From the NCBI RefSeq assembly GCF_009914755.1, contig NC_060929.1: a stretch of DNA of 64,000 nt. The stretch is one strand, 5' to 3'. Every line of letters begins with the position of its first letter. The stretch's first letter is position 1. The notes under the pieces are model-generated. The model was not told where the DNA came from, made no database searches, and saw only the letters and a list, made by a program, of their open reading frames with translations. Position numbers and translations under genes: made by a program. Positions 1 to 13,205 of the stretch are shown in pieces. This DNA comes from the human T2T-CHM13v2.0 reference genome, Homo sapiens.

Positions 1-558
1 TGTTACAAGTGCTTTTCAGCATGTTAAGTGGTGAAAATAAAGAGTGGTATAACATGTACATTTATAGCATAATTCTTTTGTTATAAATATTGTGACTTTT
101 AATAGTTTAAGTCTAATTATATTATCAAAAATTAAAAGTGTTTTTAATTTTTGTTAAATAATCAAAGCAACTTAGTGTTGGTTTTGAATTTGCTCACAAT
201 TTGGGCTGGCCTCAGACGTATGGTTCTCCTGTTGGTGTTCCCCATATTCATGAATATAGCTCTGGTAGTTCAACTGGGGCCAGGTGAACCAAAATGATAA
301 CCTAAATGGTTATTTAGGACTCTTGTCTGAGACATCTAGTTTCATCTCCGCCTGGACTCTTTACAATGGACTCTCAAAGCAATGACAGCATTCCAGGAAG
401 AAAAGTCCCATTGTTCAAATGCTTATTACATCTGTGCTTGAATTATGTTTGATGATATTTGCAGAGAATATAAAATTTTACCTCTACCTTTTTTGGCCAG
501 ATAATTAATTTGGTATAAAACAAACCTACAGGAGAAAAATATACAAATTTATTTCATA

Positions 559-2746
559 CAGATGCTTTTCCCTTTGTGATAGGGTTATGTCATGATTAAA
601 CCCATCCTAAATTGAAAATACTGTAAGTCAAAAATGCATTTAATACACGTAACCTACAAAACATCATAACTTAGCCTAACTTACATTAAACATGTTTAGA
701 ACACATACATTAGTCTACAGTGGGGAAAAACCATCTGATACAAAGCCTATTTTATAATAAAGTGTTGCCTATTTTATGTAACTTATTGAATACTGTACAG
801 AATGTGAAGAACATAATGGTTGTAATGATACCATTAACATACACAGCTGAAAGTACACAGGGCATGAAGAATGTTTGAAACATTGAACTAAAATTAATTA
901 CTGGGTGACGGGGATGCTACTGCAACAGGGTCATCAATTTCTCTTTCTTCTGATGAAGGTAAAAAATCGCTGGTAGAATTCAGCGATTGGCACTTACTGA
1001 TGGTTTAGCAAGCATAGTGTTTTTCAAGAAGATATCAAGTTTTGACTGTAAAGTTTATTCTTTTCATTATTTATTTCTCTTTTGCAAGCAAGAGCATCCT
1101 ATATTTGCCTGTCAGCTCTTACCAATCTCTTATAATTGGCAAAAAATGAATTTTTTTTTCTAACATCCGTAAGCCACTGCTGACAATAGCTAATGCTGCC
1201 ACCAGTTCTTTCACTGTGAACTTTCTTGGTGTCTCAGTTATAAATTCTTTTTCCTTTGCCTCAACTTCTTTACTACTTTCTTTCTCCAGGTTGATCAGCT
1301 TCTCTTTGGTAACTTTTCAGCCTCAATGCCAACAAGGTCATGAATATCCTCTTCATCCATGTGAGATTCTGGCTGTTCACCATATACTAATATCTTGTTA
1401 CTTACTATTTTTGTCAACAGAAGAATCTTTGTTAAAGCTTTTGAATGTGTTCACGTATGTCATCAAACTTTCTTCCAAATAGCATTGTTGTGTGACCTTT
1501 TCCCATGCTGCAATGATGTTACAGATAGCATTCAAAATGTTAAAAATGTTCCAAAACTCTCAGAGCCTATGACCAGATTCAGTTACTTCAACACCCTGCA
1601 TAAATGTTTGCCATAAATAATGTGCTTTGAATAAGCTATTGCATCTTGGTCCATTGCCTGAATAAGTGCTGTCTTGTTCAGTGGCAAATGCATGACTTTT
1701 ACACCAGAATGCATGTCACCAATATGCTGGAGCATTGTCTAAGATCAGAGGAATCTGGAATGGGATGTTATTTTGCCTACAATATTCTCTTACTTTCAGA
1801 ATAAAACAGTTCAAAACCCAGCTTTCAAAGAATGCTGACATCATTCATGCTTTCTTGTCATAGTGATAATAAATGAGAAGTGTATGCTTGCTCACATTTT
1901 GAATGCTCTAGCATTCCCCCAGTGGAAGCTTAGGAAAGGCTTTAAATTAAACTGCAAAATTTTCACCACCCAACAGCGTTACACAGTCTTTGAATGTCTT
2001 GAATCCTGGCATGGTCCTGGACTCTTGATATATGTATGTATGCTCCAGAATATGATTTCAGAACAAGCTTATTTCATCAGCATTAAATATTTGTTCTGGA
2101 AAATATTGCTCATCCACAATTATCTTATGCTGCTCTTCCTTAAAAGCTTTGGCACCTTCAGTATTGGCACTTGCTGCTTCACTATTGACCTTCACGTCAT
2201 GAAAATTATGACACCTTTTGAAGCACTGGAACTACACAAGACTTGCATATAAGTAGAATCATCTGCACGCTTTTTTTGAGTGTACTGAAAAGACTTCTTG
2301 CTTTAGCTGACAATTTCATTCTATCTTCACGGACTGCAAATGTCCTAACTCACTGCAATGGCCATTACTGGTTTGCCCCCTTTATCCTGAGCAATTATCT
2401 TAAGTTTCATCTCAAGAGTATTTGCCTTCCTCTTCTCACAAGAAGTAGGAGACACAGATGGAAGTTTTGTAGATGTGATCAGATGCAAAAACACAGAAAA
2501 CAATATCCAAAAAACACTGGCAACATAATACACTGTAGAGCAAACTTGTGATTGTGTGGCTGACTGGGAACTGGGGCTCACTGCTGTTTCCCAGCATACA
2601 GAGGGAATGTGGATTACATATGGCTTACCTAGGAAAAGATAACAATTCCAAATTCAATGTACAGTTTGTATTCCATGTGTACCACTTTCATGCTATCATA
2701 AAGTCAAAAAAATGTGAGTTGGCAATTTTATTCTGGGAATCATCTG
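559..2746 (-). mobile_element. Near-full-length Tigger5 (TcMar-Tigger, MER47 family) DNA transposon
   Basis: Termini CAGATG...CATCTG with TA duplications at 557-558 and 2747-2748. Both ends align with the MER47A copy at 59332-59696. Transposase remnants lie on the - strand. Confidence 0.85.
900..2476 (-). pseudogene. Decayed pogo/Tigger (CENP-B-like HTH plus DDE_1) transposase
   Basis: N-terminal 'KRKANTLEMKLKIIAQDKGGKPVMAIA' (ORF 2345..2581). Catalytic motifs QIFNADEISLF* (about 2057-2105), LILDNAP (about 1725-1756) and IQAMDQDAI (about 1636-1666). Interrupted by stops and frameshifts; limits approximate. Confidence 0.8.
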
Positions 2747-3570
2747 TAAAAGTTTTACATGGCATGGGAGCTTTCATAAGGAAATGAAGACCCAAAGATG
2801 CACTTAGAGTTGAACACTTATAGGCTAAATCAGACAAAGATTTTGTAAAAATGTGACAAGGCAAAGGGATCTGGGCTAGGGTGGTTAATTGAGTGGGAAA
2901 GTGGCTAGGGAGATAAGGGTTCATGTGACAAGGTTTGTTTTCACATATTTCCCTCAGCCTCAACTTCCCATCCTTGATAAAAATCATATTTTCTTTCTGG
3001 TACAGGCAGAATACCTTCTACATGGGAATTCCATCTCTCACTTTTAAAAAGCAAAAAGAAGATCAGAGTGATCTTCCTGTACTTGCTGTTTTCCAAGTGC
3101 CTTTAACTCAAAATAGTCAACATGCCAGTAGTATATTTTGGGTTAGAATGTTATTAATGCCAGCATGTCCTTTGGGTCAAAGTAAGGCATATGACCATGC
3201 CCAGAGTCACTGTGAAAGTGGACTACAGAAGGCCATGGATACCCAGGGGTATGATTTACTGTGATTTATTGAGTTGCATATTAATGTAATAATCCACTAC
3301 AATCTGCTCCCTAGATTAATAATCCACTACAACCTGCTCTCTAGGCTCAATGATTAAAGACTTTTTATATGCAAAATGCACTCTCACTCTCCCAAGACTC
3401 CCCAAATATCTCTTCTCATGATATTCAAGAAAATGGGGTTTTGCTTTGAATTTGGTTTTGTGAGGAACTAGGAGTGATTTTAAGAACGGGCATATTAATA
3501 TTGTCTAGCAGGAGGAAAGACTAAAGTGAAAAAGGACAGGAGACTAGAGAAGAAAGAGAAAATCATCCCT

Positions 3571-3862
3571 TGACATGAAGGAACTGACCCAAAACTAACA
3601 CCTAGGTCATAGAGTTGTTACAAGCTGGCTTGGTATTCTCAGCTAGGTACTGTTATTTTCCCAGAATAAACAATCTTACAGCAACTAACACATGACAAGT
3701 TCATTTTAAAAACATAATGAAGTGAGACAAGAAACAAGACCAATACATAATTTTAACTAAACACAGACAATTATGGAATTAGCAAAAATAAACAGCCCTT
3801 CTCCTGGCTAAAATTGGCAAGCCAATTGCAGCTTTAGCCTCACTCGAGTCTTCCTTCCTCAA
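3571..3862 (+). mobile_element. ERV1 LTR fragment, MER67-like, inside the MLT1 internal region
   Basis: 'tgttattttcccagaataaacaatcttacag...acaagaaacaagacc...cttctcctggctaa...ccaattgcagctttagcctcactc' resembles MER67-family LTRs. Confidence 0.5.
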
Positions 3863-3999
3863 AGGTGTGTTCTGGTGTTCTTTGGCTGGATAACATTGGC
3901 AGTATTATGCTAAATTTCATGATGTTCTCATTTCATCAAGTCTGAATTAAGATGAGACTCCTCGGCTGTAGCTGCTCTTGATCTCAAGACATCAAAACC

Positions 4000-4058
4000 A
4001 GAAAGAAAAAGAGAGAGACAGAAATGAACAGAAGGAAGGAAGGAAGAAAGGAAAGAGC
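4000..4058 (+). repeat. GA-rich / (GGAA)n low-complexity tract
   Basis: agaaagaaaaagagagagacag...gaaggaaggaaggaagaaaggaaaga. Confidence 0.8.
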
Positions 4059-7000
4059 AAACACTCTATAATGTACAAAGACAGGATAATCACAATAGTT
4101 GCTTTCATCCAAAAAGGGATCAAGTGGGAGACCTTAGCTGATATTTGTTAATAAGTGATTTTAAAATGTAGCCAAATAGATTGTCAGGGGTACCGATTGT
4201 CAGGGGTACCTATTGTAGGGGCAGGAAATTTTTCAGGATTAGTGCCTGGTTCTGTTCCCAGATAGCGGTTTATAATCTGTTGTTGTCTCCTGTGACTGAG
4301 TATGGCCTCTGGGATTTTTAGCTCTGCTTTCTGAAAGGTACTTCTTTTTCCTCAACAAATGGGTACACTTGAAGCTGAATAGTTTTTTCAGCCTGATCTC
4401 TGTAAAACATTGATGTTCCATAGCCTCTTTTTATTTTGACTTCTTTTTTGACTCTTTTTATCTAGCTAGTAGAATCTTGATAAATTCTTAGTTTGTATAA
4501 ATCTGATCATGGATTATAACATGTGTTCTAAAAAAACACATGCATAATTCTCTCTAGGCTTGTTGGACTTCCATGGAATTATATCCACAAAGTTAGAAGC
4601 CATTTTGTTTCTTGCTTAGAGGGTCCACTCGGCAATACCTTTAAAGTGCAGAGGTCTTAACAGAGTATTGACAGCAACACATTTGCATGATCCTTACTCT
4701 GAAGCAATTTCTTTGAAAATCTTTTGTTTTTGTTAGGTATAATGGATTTTATTAATCTTTATTTGTCAACCCAACAATCCCTGGAGGCTCTAAGTTTCCT
4801 TTAAATTCTGCTTACAAGCTTAACAAAATTCTGCTTTGTAAGCTAAAACTCTTTCTCTCTCTCCTTCTGTATCTCTATCTCTGTCATCTTTTGCAGCTAA
4901 AAGAAGCCAATTGGCACTTTTCATATTCTCCTATTACTTTGTCACTACAAAACATCTCATAATTCTTCCAGTCTCCAGTGATAATTTCTTCACTGTCTTT
5001 TCAACTTTCATTAACAATTTGTTCACCATTCTTCCATTTTTCATTCAATGCCGTCACCCAATGTCATTTGTTTAATTTTTTGAAGGGTTGCACCCCAGAT
5101 ATAGGTTCCAATTTTTGTTTCAGTTTCCTATGCTTAAAACAACAATCATTTATTTGCATGCTCTTCTACAATCTGGGTCAAGCTCAGTTGGACAGTTTAT
5201 CAGCTGGTCTTTCCTGGGGTCACTTGCAAATATTTAGTCCTCTGGCTATTCTCCTAGGGCTAAGTGGTCCAAAAAGGCCAGAGCCACATGGCTGGATATT
5301 AGCTGGGGCCATGGGTCAGGGTACCTTATTTCTCTTCCACCTGACCTCTTTTGAAGAGTCATCCAGATTTTTTACACAGTGATGGCAATCTTTCAGGAAG
5401 CAGTCACCAATGCACAGTGCTTACCAAGCCTCAACTTGTGTTATTTTTGCTGATGCCTAATAGCCAAAGCAAGTCTGAGAGCCAAGCCCATGTGAGTTAG
5501 CAGATACTAAGAGATATGATACATTAGAAAACACTAATGACATAATCTTCCAATGTTTACCTATAAATATTTAAACAGTATGTGATAATTTTTTCATTAT
5601 GATTATTTTTCTAAATTTTGTCTTACATATGAGATATATTAGCTGTATAATAAAAAAACATGTTAAGTAATAATTTGAAATGAATTGCTTTTCCTTGCAA
5701 TCATGTTGTTTTTAAGACTGAAGCAAATTTATAATTTAAAAAATTACAATTCATGATTTACAAAAACAATAAAGGCAAATTTTCAATATGGGTTGATAAT
5801 ATTTAATAATATTCTCATTTTTTTGCCTTCTTCACCTATATCCTACAGTAGTGTGTTAACCAATGCCAAATAATTGTTTATTGATAGAAAATATATTTTA
5901 TTTTCAACTTGCTTCAATAATATATTTACAAAGTAGAGTCAACTCAGATATTTAGGAAAACCCATGCTTGGCAAGTATATTCTGTACTTACACTTACTTG
6001 ATATGTTTCAAAATATAATTCATACCATCATTCAAGTTTATTTTCTATCTTTCAGAAATATAATTTCTCCATTAAACACCCCCCAAGAAATCATCCATGC
6101 ACAATTTTAAAACATGACATTGCCATTTTATTCTAACATTTTTATAACAAATCAATTGGCTTCAACTAGAAAGTTATCTTCTTTTAGTGGAATAACAAAT
6201 AACACAACGTCTTAATAATTTCAAGTGATTATAGGAAAAGTAACTTCATGTTTGTGTACTATTCTAGATCTTCTCATTATGCAAACGTCTCCAGCTATAG
6301 AAAAATCTGGTAAATTATCAGATCTTTCTAGTAGACGTGGCAAATAAAATATAATGATACCCCTTTCTCTTCCATTCAACATGTAAATTGTGAGGTCACA
6401 TAGACCTTATTGCATTTATTTCATCATTCCTATTGAGATTTATAAAGTCATTTTTTTTTTTGTTTAAACTAACCATCTCTTCCTCCAGGCCCTTGTTCAG
6501 ACAAAGTGAACATATATACTTGTTTTTAGGCAATTAACATACAAGGCTATGGATTTTTAAAAAATTACGCTTCTTGATGTCTAATACTCATGCTCAGCTT
6601 CAATTATAATGACAAATGCTCTACAATTTTACTTGATTTATTTACTTGCTTACAGAGGTACCAATTAGGTAGAATATCAGACAGAAGGGGAGAGAAGAAG
6701 ATGAGATAGTTTGTGGTTTATCCTTTTTGCTTATTGTGTACATATGATCATTGATAAGGAAATATATCATTATCTGGTACATGGGTATAAGGCAAATGTG
6801 CCTCCTAGTTACTTATTTTTTAATATGTGGTTGTATACAGATAAAGAGGTTTAGAAAGGGGAAAAGAAAGGGGAAGAATATACATAGAGTATACCAATAA
6901 CTTTTTTGAGCTAATAAAGAATATATGGACACACAGTCACTGGTTTTTGCATGCAGAGACTTGTTTTGTTGTGTCATTTATAAAGAAAAAAAAAGAGCCT

Positions 7001-8989
7001 AAGGGAGAGTAACAGTGATTGACAATAAGAAAAAGATACAGGATATATGGGTTATACAGGAATAGTGTCTATTTACAAAATATGTTCTTACCCATGTAAA
7101 CAGTATACTGAACATGATGTGGTGAAAGAGTAAAACCCTTAACTCTTGCCATCAGCCAAGAATGGGGATTATATTACATATGATTTATCATGGATTATAT
7201 TTTCACTTCAAATAAGAAATTTATCTTCAAAATGACCACATACAGGAACTTACCCTTCTTGAAACAATTAAAAAGGCTAATAATTCCTATTTCTAACACT
7301 GCAACACACAAGAAAATACAGGGGTAAGACCAAGTGCTCAGATTTAATGTCAAGAGAGTGAGATTGTAGAAAGTATAATAAGCAGATGGCAATGAAGAAA
7401 ATATTCCTATGGCAATCCTTATGTACTTGCATCAACTTTGCAGAAGTATATATGAAATTAGATGTATACATACAATACCACCAAGGAGTTCCAGTTCAAG
7501 AGGTGAAAAGATCACAGCTATCTGCCTCTCCCTTCATCTTTGTCCCATTTAGGTCAGTAAAAAATCTACCACAACGATACAAAAGGAGAAGAAAAAGGAG
7601 GAGGAGGAGGCCATTGCAGCACTGAAAAAACATCATGAAAAAGAGAGTATTTCCATGGATTTTTTGAAAGACTCAAAGCAGATGGGATAATATTCACAAA
7701 TGAAAGCAGAAAAAAACTCAATACACAAATATTGAAGGAAGACATTTCACAGCAGAGGTGGAAACCAGTGGACTTGATAGAACCCAACAGAACCCAGAAA
7801 CAAATTCAAACTTGGAGGAAGGCAGAGCGGGGAGCAGGAGAGGACTTTAAGGCAGAAGTCAGGGACAGAAACTCAGACCATCCAAAGAACAGCCAGGTCA
7901 CTTAAGATCTCTCTTGCCTCCGTGAAAGTGAGGCTGCTGACTGAAGCATCTGCCCCTGGGAGATTTGCTTGGGGAGGACACATAGCATGGGTTTTGGACT
8001 GGGGTGAGAGAAAGAGCAGATTCTAACATTACTATGGAGCACCACCGAGGGCCCATGTGTGAATGAACTAAATATCTATCTACGGAAGAAAGGAAAAAGA
8101 TTATTTTTGGCTAAAATCAAGTATTAAGGAGTCTTTTTTTTTTTTTTTGCCTTTAGGGCTCCTATTCTCAAGCTAAAGGAATATGACTCTATTTGAAAGG
8201 TTTTGTTTTTTGTTTTTCATTTTTGCTTTAAGAAAAACAGCTTAATTTACACAGCAGTCCCTGAATAACTTCTTGCTAGAAAAGCTTTAGTATTAGGTCT
8301 GTCTATTTATGCTACCAAGGCCAATGATAAGATAAAGATAATAAAATAAAGAGGATAAAAAGAATCATGAATTGAAATTAATTTTATGGATTATAAACTG
8401 AGCTTCTTTAAATAATTTATTTCACATTATTTGTTAATCTTCCTGCTTAATTTTGTCTGGAGTAGGAAACAGTGGGTGTGGGTGAACCAAACTAAAGGGC
8501 AGGCAGAAGATTCTGAACAGGCAGGTTTGGGAGGTTTTAACAGCTTGTTTATAACACTGGAAATTCTTAGAATAGAAGTTACATCATTTTCAAGGCAAAT
8601 GTGAGTGATTTGGCCTCTCTCTTTTGTTTGTTCTCCTTCCTCAGCATAGATAGTCACAGGCTAAATAAACAAGAATACATGTTTCTAATATTGTCTAGAA
8701 TCTGTTATTGTAAAGACATAAACATTGCTAATCAGAAGAAATCATAAGTTCTGAAAAAAAAGATAAGTGAAATCACACGAACTTCCACTTCTGTGTCCTC
8801 TTCCTACACAAGTCACTGTATAATATATAGAAAATGATATAAATATAGGAATAGCTGTCCAAAAACTCCAGGTTGACTCTACTCTTTCCAAGTTAACTAG
8901 AAAATTGCCAACTTTCAGGTTTACTTTATCCTGGGTTGACTTAGTAAGATTATGTTATAACTTCTCTATTTATTAATTATGTATGGATA

Positions 8990-9700
8990 TTTTAACATAT
9001 TTATTGAGGAATAATTCAGATACTCTAAAATCAACCCATTTAATGTGTATAATTCAATAATTTTAGTATACTCACAGAGTTGTGCAACCTTTGGCAAAAT
9101 CTGTTTAGAAAATTTTTATCACTTCAAAAAGAAACCCTGAAATCAATAGCAGTCATTCTCTCTTCTAATGCACACCCCAGCCAAATATTTCCTCTCTGTC
9201 TCTATAGATATGACTATTCTGGACATGCCACATAAATGGAATTAAAGAACACATCCTCTTCTTAGTTGGGTCATTTCATTTAGCATAAGGTATTTAAGGT
9301 TCATCCACATTGAGGTATGTTTGAGAACTGTATTTTTTTAAATTGCTGAATAATATATCACAATGTGTTTATTCACTTACCAGTTTATGGGCATTTGGGC
9401 AGTTTTCTTCTTTTATATTATGAATAATTTAGCTGTCAACATTAGTGTACACGTTTTTGTGTGTACCTGTGTTTTCAGTTTTCTTGGGCATATATCTATG
9501 AGTTGAATTTTGGGGTAATGTGGTATTACTATTGATAACATCTTGAAGGACTACCAACTTGAAAGGACTGTAAAATGACTGTACCATTTTTCATTCCAAT
9601 TTTTCCACATCCATGTCAACACTTACTATTGTCTGTCTTTTTGATTATAGTAATTCTAGTGGTTTGTGTTTCCCAATAGCCTGCAATGTTGAGCATTTTA
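8990..9700 (-). mobile_element. L1 3' end fragment (L1MB-like)
   Basis: 'tttattgaggaataattca...acagagttgtgcaacc...tttttatcacttcaaaaagaaaccc...tattctggacat...cataaatggaat' is the typical antisense L1MB 3' UTR. Confidence 0.8.
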
Positions 9701-9759
9701 ACTTTTCAGCATCACATCATTTTACTAATTTTATTACTTCCTTCTCCTTGATAGATTTT

Positions 9760-10120
9760 ATTCTAACATTTCTCCTTGCATCCTATCATACTCTTATCTG
9801 AACTGCCACCCTCTTCACTACCATTCTATTATCAACTCATCAGTGAAACTAGTTCTTTTAAAACACAAGTCAGTTCATGTCAATCCTTTACCCGCAGTGG
9901 TTATACATATCATGAAAAGAAAAAGGCACATCTTAGAATGGACTGCAAGGCAATTTACAAGGCTATTTGTCCCCATTAACTCTATGTCTATGTTTCTTGC
10001 ACTATTTCTATATCCAGTTAATTCCAGCTTCTCTGGCCTTTTTTTTATATTTCTCAAAAACTCCAAAAATGTTTCTATCTTAAGGCCTTTGCTTCAGATT
10101 TTTCTTTTTTCTTTCCCTCA
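9760..10120 (+). mobile_element. L2 fragment
   Basis: 'aaaacacaagtcagttcatgtcaatcc...ggactgcaaggc...ttccagcttctctggcctt...ttaaggcctttgc' are L2-like motifs, highly diverged. Confidence 0.5.
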
Positions 10121-10129
10121 GATGTCCTC

Positions 10130-10350
10130 AAAAGATGAGGACTAAAATTAATCACTGGTTTTCACAAACTGGAGGTCTTTGCTGTCTTTATTGAATGCAG
10201 TTTCTGTGGAATGACAGAAAACAAACACTGATTGGAGAAGTTGCAAAGAGCATAAAGGAGAGGAACTGGAAATTGTAGGTATAGAAAACTCATTAAGTTG
10301 TGTTGGAAAAGAGAGCACAGAATTGGGTCAAGAAATGCAAGATTAATAGG
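10130..10350 (-). mobile_element. L2 fragment, opposite orientation
   Basis: 'gatgaggactaaaa...ggaggtctttgctgtctt...gcagtttctgtggaatga...gaggaactggaaattgtaggtatagaaaactc'. Confidence 0.55.
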
Positions 10351-12902
10351 GTCAAAGAAGGCCTATTTATGACTCCTAAATTGAGCACTTAAAAAAGTTT
10401 ACAGATTAACACAAAAGTGTTGCAAATGAGAAGAGAAATATTTTAATGTTTTAACTGAAAATACTGAAAGTCTTAGTGGATATTTAGATTTTGTTTGTTT
10501 TATTTCATACAGCATTCTTTCTCTCTTTTCATGATAATATCATGTGTTTTCATCTTTTGATGTCTAACTTACTAATAAAGCATTGAAAAATATCTTTCTT
10601 CCATCTTAAGAAAAAACACTGACTTTTTTTCTAATTCACACTGTCTGAATTTTAATTCACAGTATCGTGTCCCTGCTGAGTCTTGAAGAAAGAAAGAAAG
10701 AAAAAGTTTTAAATGAAATTCTAAGAATCAGTAACAAGGCAATTGAAATCAATTTTTCCAAACACATAAAAGGGAAGCCATCAATGTAGTTTGCAACTCT
10801 TTCAGACTCCAGACTAATATTGATTTCTTTATTGATTTTCTTAATATTTTCTGGGGAGTATTATTGTAAGGTTATATGTGCATACTAAGGTACTGGCATT
10901 TTAATACCTTTCTTTAGGGAAAGAAATGCATGGAAGTTTTTGTTAAAAAGAAATGCTAAAAAATTGCATATCATCGTCAATATAAACAGATAACTCAAAA
11001 GTTTGCTGCTTTTGTTTATTACATCTGACTTGTCTCTCAAGGGATAGTAATTTCCCAATGTCACTTTTTAAAATGCAAGAATCTCTAAATTACTTATCTC
11101 TTTACAAGACTTGACAATGAGATCTTCCAGGCACATTCTCCTTCTATTGAAACTTAATCACAATGTACTAAAATTGTCAACAAACTCATTTCATCATGTA
11201 GCACCATGCATTTTTACAACAATTTTTCGTAGGGCTACTAGCAAAATGTTTAACAGGCCCATATCAGGATTGTTTTGAAGTGTGTTAGTTAGACTAAGAA
11301 CAGAAAAATAGCAAGGAATCCTTTTCTCCAGCCGTCTATTCTGTGTTGTCTTCTTGAGCCTGAAGAAAATTAATAAAGGCAAATAGAAAGTCAAGAAATA
11401 GGCTGTCATCTTCTGTTTTTAAAGAAATCTCCTTGGCACTAACATTTTTTCTAGCTCTTTTCTTTTAAAAAAAATTCCCCATGCCATACAAAGTCCTTTT
11501 CAAAGACCTGCACATTGAATGTGATTAATTTATTATGTGATGATTTTTAATAAAAAAATTATTGAAGTTGGCATTTTAGTGAGCAAACACATAATGTTTA
11601 GGTAAAAGTGACTTTTCCTCAAATATAAGAAAGTTACTTTGAAAGAATGTCATTTTGATAGGAGTCAACCTATAGATGCTTATGTAAAAACAAAATACCT
11701 TAATTAAACTAGAAAAATTATCAGTCCATTAACTATTGAGCTAAAATGAACACTTGACCATCTTTAAATCATAACTTTCATGGAAATAGTATAAAAATAC
11801 ATAATTAATAAATGCTAAGAAAATCCTTATTTATGGATTCTTTTTAAATTTCAAATGAGATAATACTTGTAGGTGATACAGTCAGGTATATCAAAAAGCA
11901 GTTTTGTTAGTAATTTTAAAAATCATGAATACATTGTTTTCCAAGTAGCTAGAAATGCATAATTGTCATTTATTCTTTAAAATAGAAGGCTGTCCTATGA
12001 CTCAAGACAAGACAGAAAGTGCTAAGACGATAACCACTCAGGTTTCAGAGGTATCCTTCCTCATCAAGTGTGAAGGTGAACATGACAACTTCATAATAGA
12101 AAAGAATAAAAGTCATCTCAAAAACAAAACCAAAGAATATAACAACAAACTTCAGTTAGGGTCTTTTCTACAAACCACCATTTAGAAAACAGACCTTATT
12201 TTTATCTATTTTCATTAAAGAACATACTAAAATAATAATAACATTTTGTTTGACCAAGAGATCATAATTTCTATTATACATTCTTAGTTTTTGAAAATAA
12301 ATTATGAATACATGTAATTCATATTGCTGGGTGTTTTTCTCTTTTATTCCTAATGTAGTCACAGAGAGAAAATACATTGTGCATATCACATTTTTTAAAT
12401 GGTGGTGAGAAATAGAAGTTTAGAAATAGCAGAGCTTTTGCATGTCTCAAATATAGTGCCTATATATCTCATTACTGCAATTCCTAGAACAGTATGCAAA
12501 GATTCTGTAAAGTGTTCATTTCTAACTTTTGGTCAATATACATATGTATTTACCTATTTATATATTTAAATATTAATAATATTCATTCAGTTCAGATTGA
12601 ATATTCAGAAGATTGCTATATAATGATATGGTCTATGTTTAAGTACTAAATTAAAAGACTACCTACAGTATATAATAAATGAGAACCCATTAAACGTTAT
12701 ATTCCTCCCATGGAGAAAATAAATGGTAGAATAGTACTGAACTTGCTCCAAACTTATACAAATTATAATGATATGTTCTTTCATTTTTAATATTTAAAAT
12801 CAGCTAGTTACCAAAGCTGAACATATAATTAGAATTACAGAGCAAAATGTAAATATGAAAACTTCAACAAATAAAAGTAAAGAGCTCACTGGAAAAGCTT
12901 GG

Positions 12903-13205
12903 GACCTTGCGCAGTGGCTCATGCCTGTAATCCCAGCACTTTGGAAGGCTGAGGCAGGCAGATTGCTTGAGTCCAGGAGTTCGAAATCAGCCTGGGCAAC
13001 ATAATGACAAAAAATAAACAAAAATAGCCCAGTGTGGTGGCATGCGCCTTAGTCACAGCTACTCAGGAGCCTGAGGTGGGAGGATCGCTTGAGCCCAGGA
13101 GGTCAAGGCTTCAGTGAGCCATGATTGTGCCACTGCACTCCAGCCTGGGCAACAGAGCGAGATCCAGTCTCAAGATCCTGTCTCAAAATAAAACAGAACA
13201 AAACA
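12903..13205 (+). mobile_element. AluJ SINE
   Basis: Full dimer with J diagnostics 'gattgcttgagtccaggagttcg' and 'gaggatcgcttgagcccaggaggtcaaggct'. Partial deletion near the linker; (AAAAC)-type tail. Confidence 0.93.

Larger units (their letters stand above)
460..3165 (-). mobile_element. ERV1 LTR, MER34-family-like, split by Tigger5 (460-558 plus 2749-3165)
   Basis: 'aggagaaaaatatacaaatttatttcata' reads straight into 'aaagttttacatggcatgggagctttcataaggaaatgaagaccc' once the transposon is removed. The end 'gtgcctttaactcaaaatagtcaacatgccagtagtatattttggg' is the reverse complement of the MER34-type 5' end. Confidence 0.65.
140..5553 (-). mobile_element. Old MaLR (MLT1-type) provirus: LTR (about 140-459 plus 3166-3301), internal region (about 3302-5115), LTR (5116-5553), with nested insertions
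   Basis: Two related, degenerate MLT1-like LTRs, e.g. 'tttgatgat..tgtcctttgggtcaaagtaaggcatatgaccatgcccagagtc' versus 'tttgctgatgcctaatagccaaagcaagtctgagagccaagccc'. MLT1-int motifs 'tatatgcaaaatgcactctcac' and 'gatgagactcctcggctgtagctgctcttgatc'. The junction 'gcaccccagatataggttccaatttt|tg' at 5116 is typical of the MaLR internal/LTR boundary. Outer ends approximate. Confidence 0.7.

Noticed and set aside
7386-8060. ORF with a basic KRRRKRRRRR stretch in purine-rich sequence
   Set aside because: Arises from a GA-rich low-complexity tract. The region may be a very old L1 5' end, but I cannot support that call.
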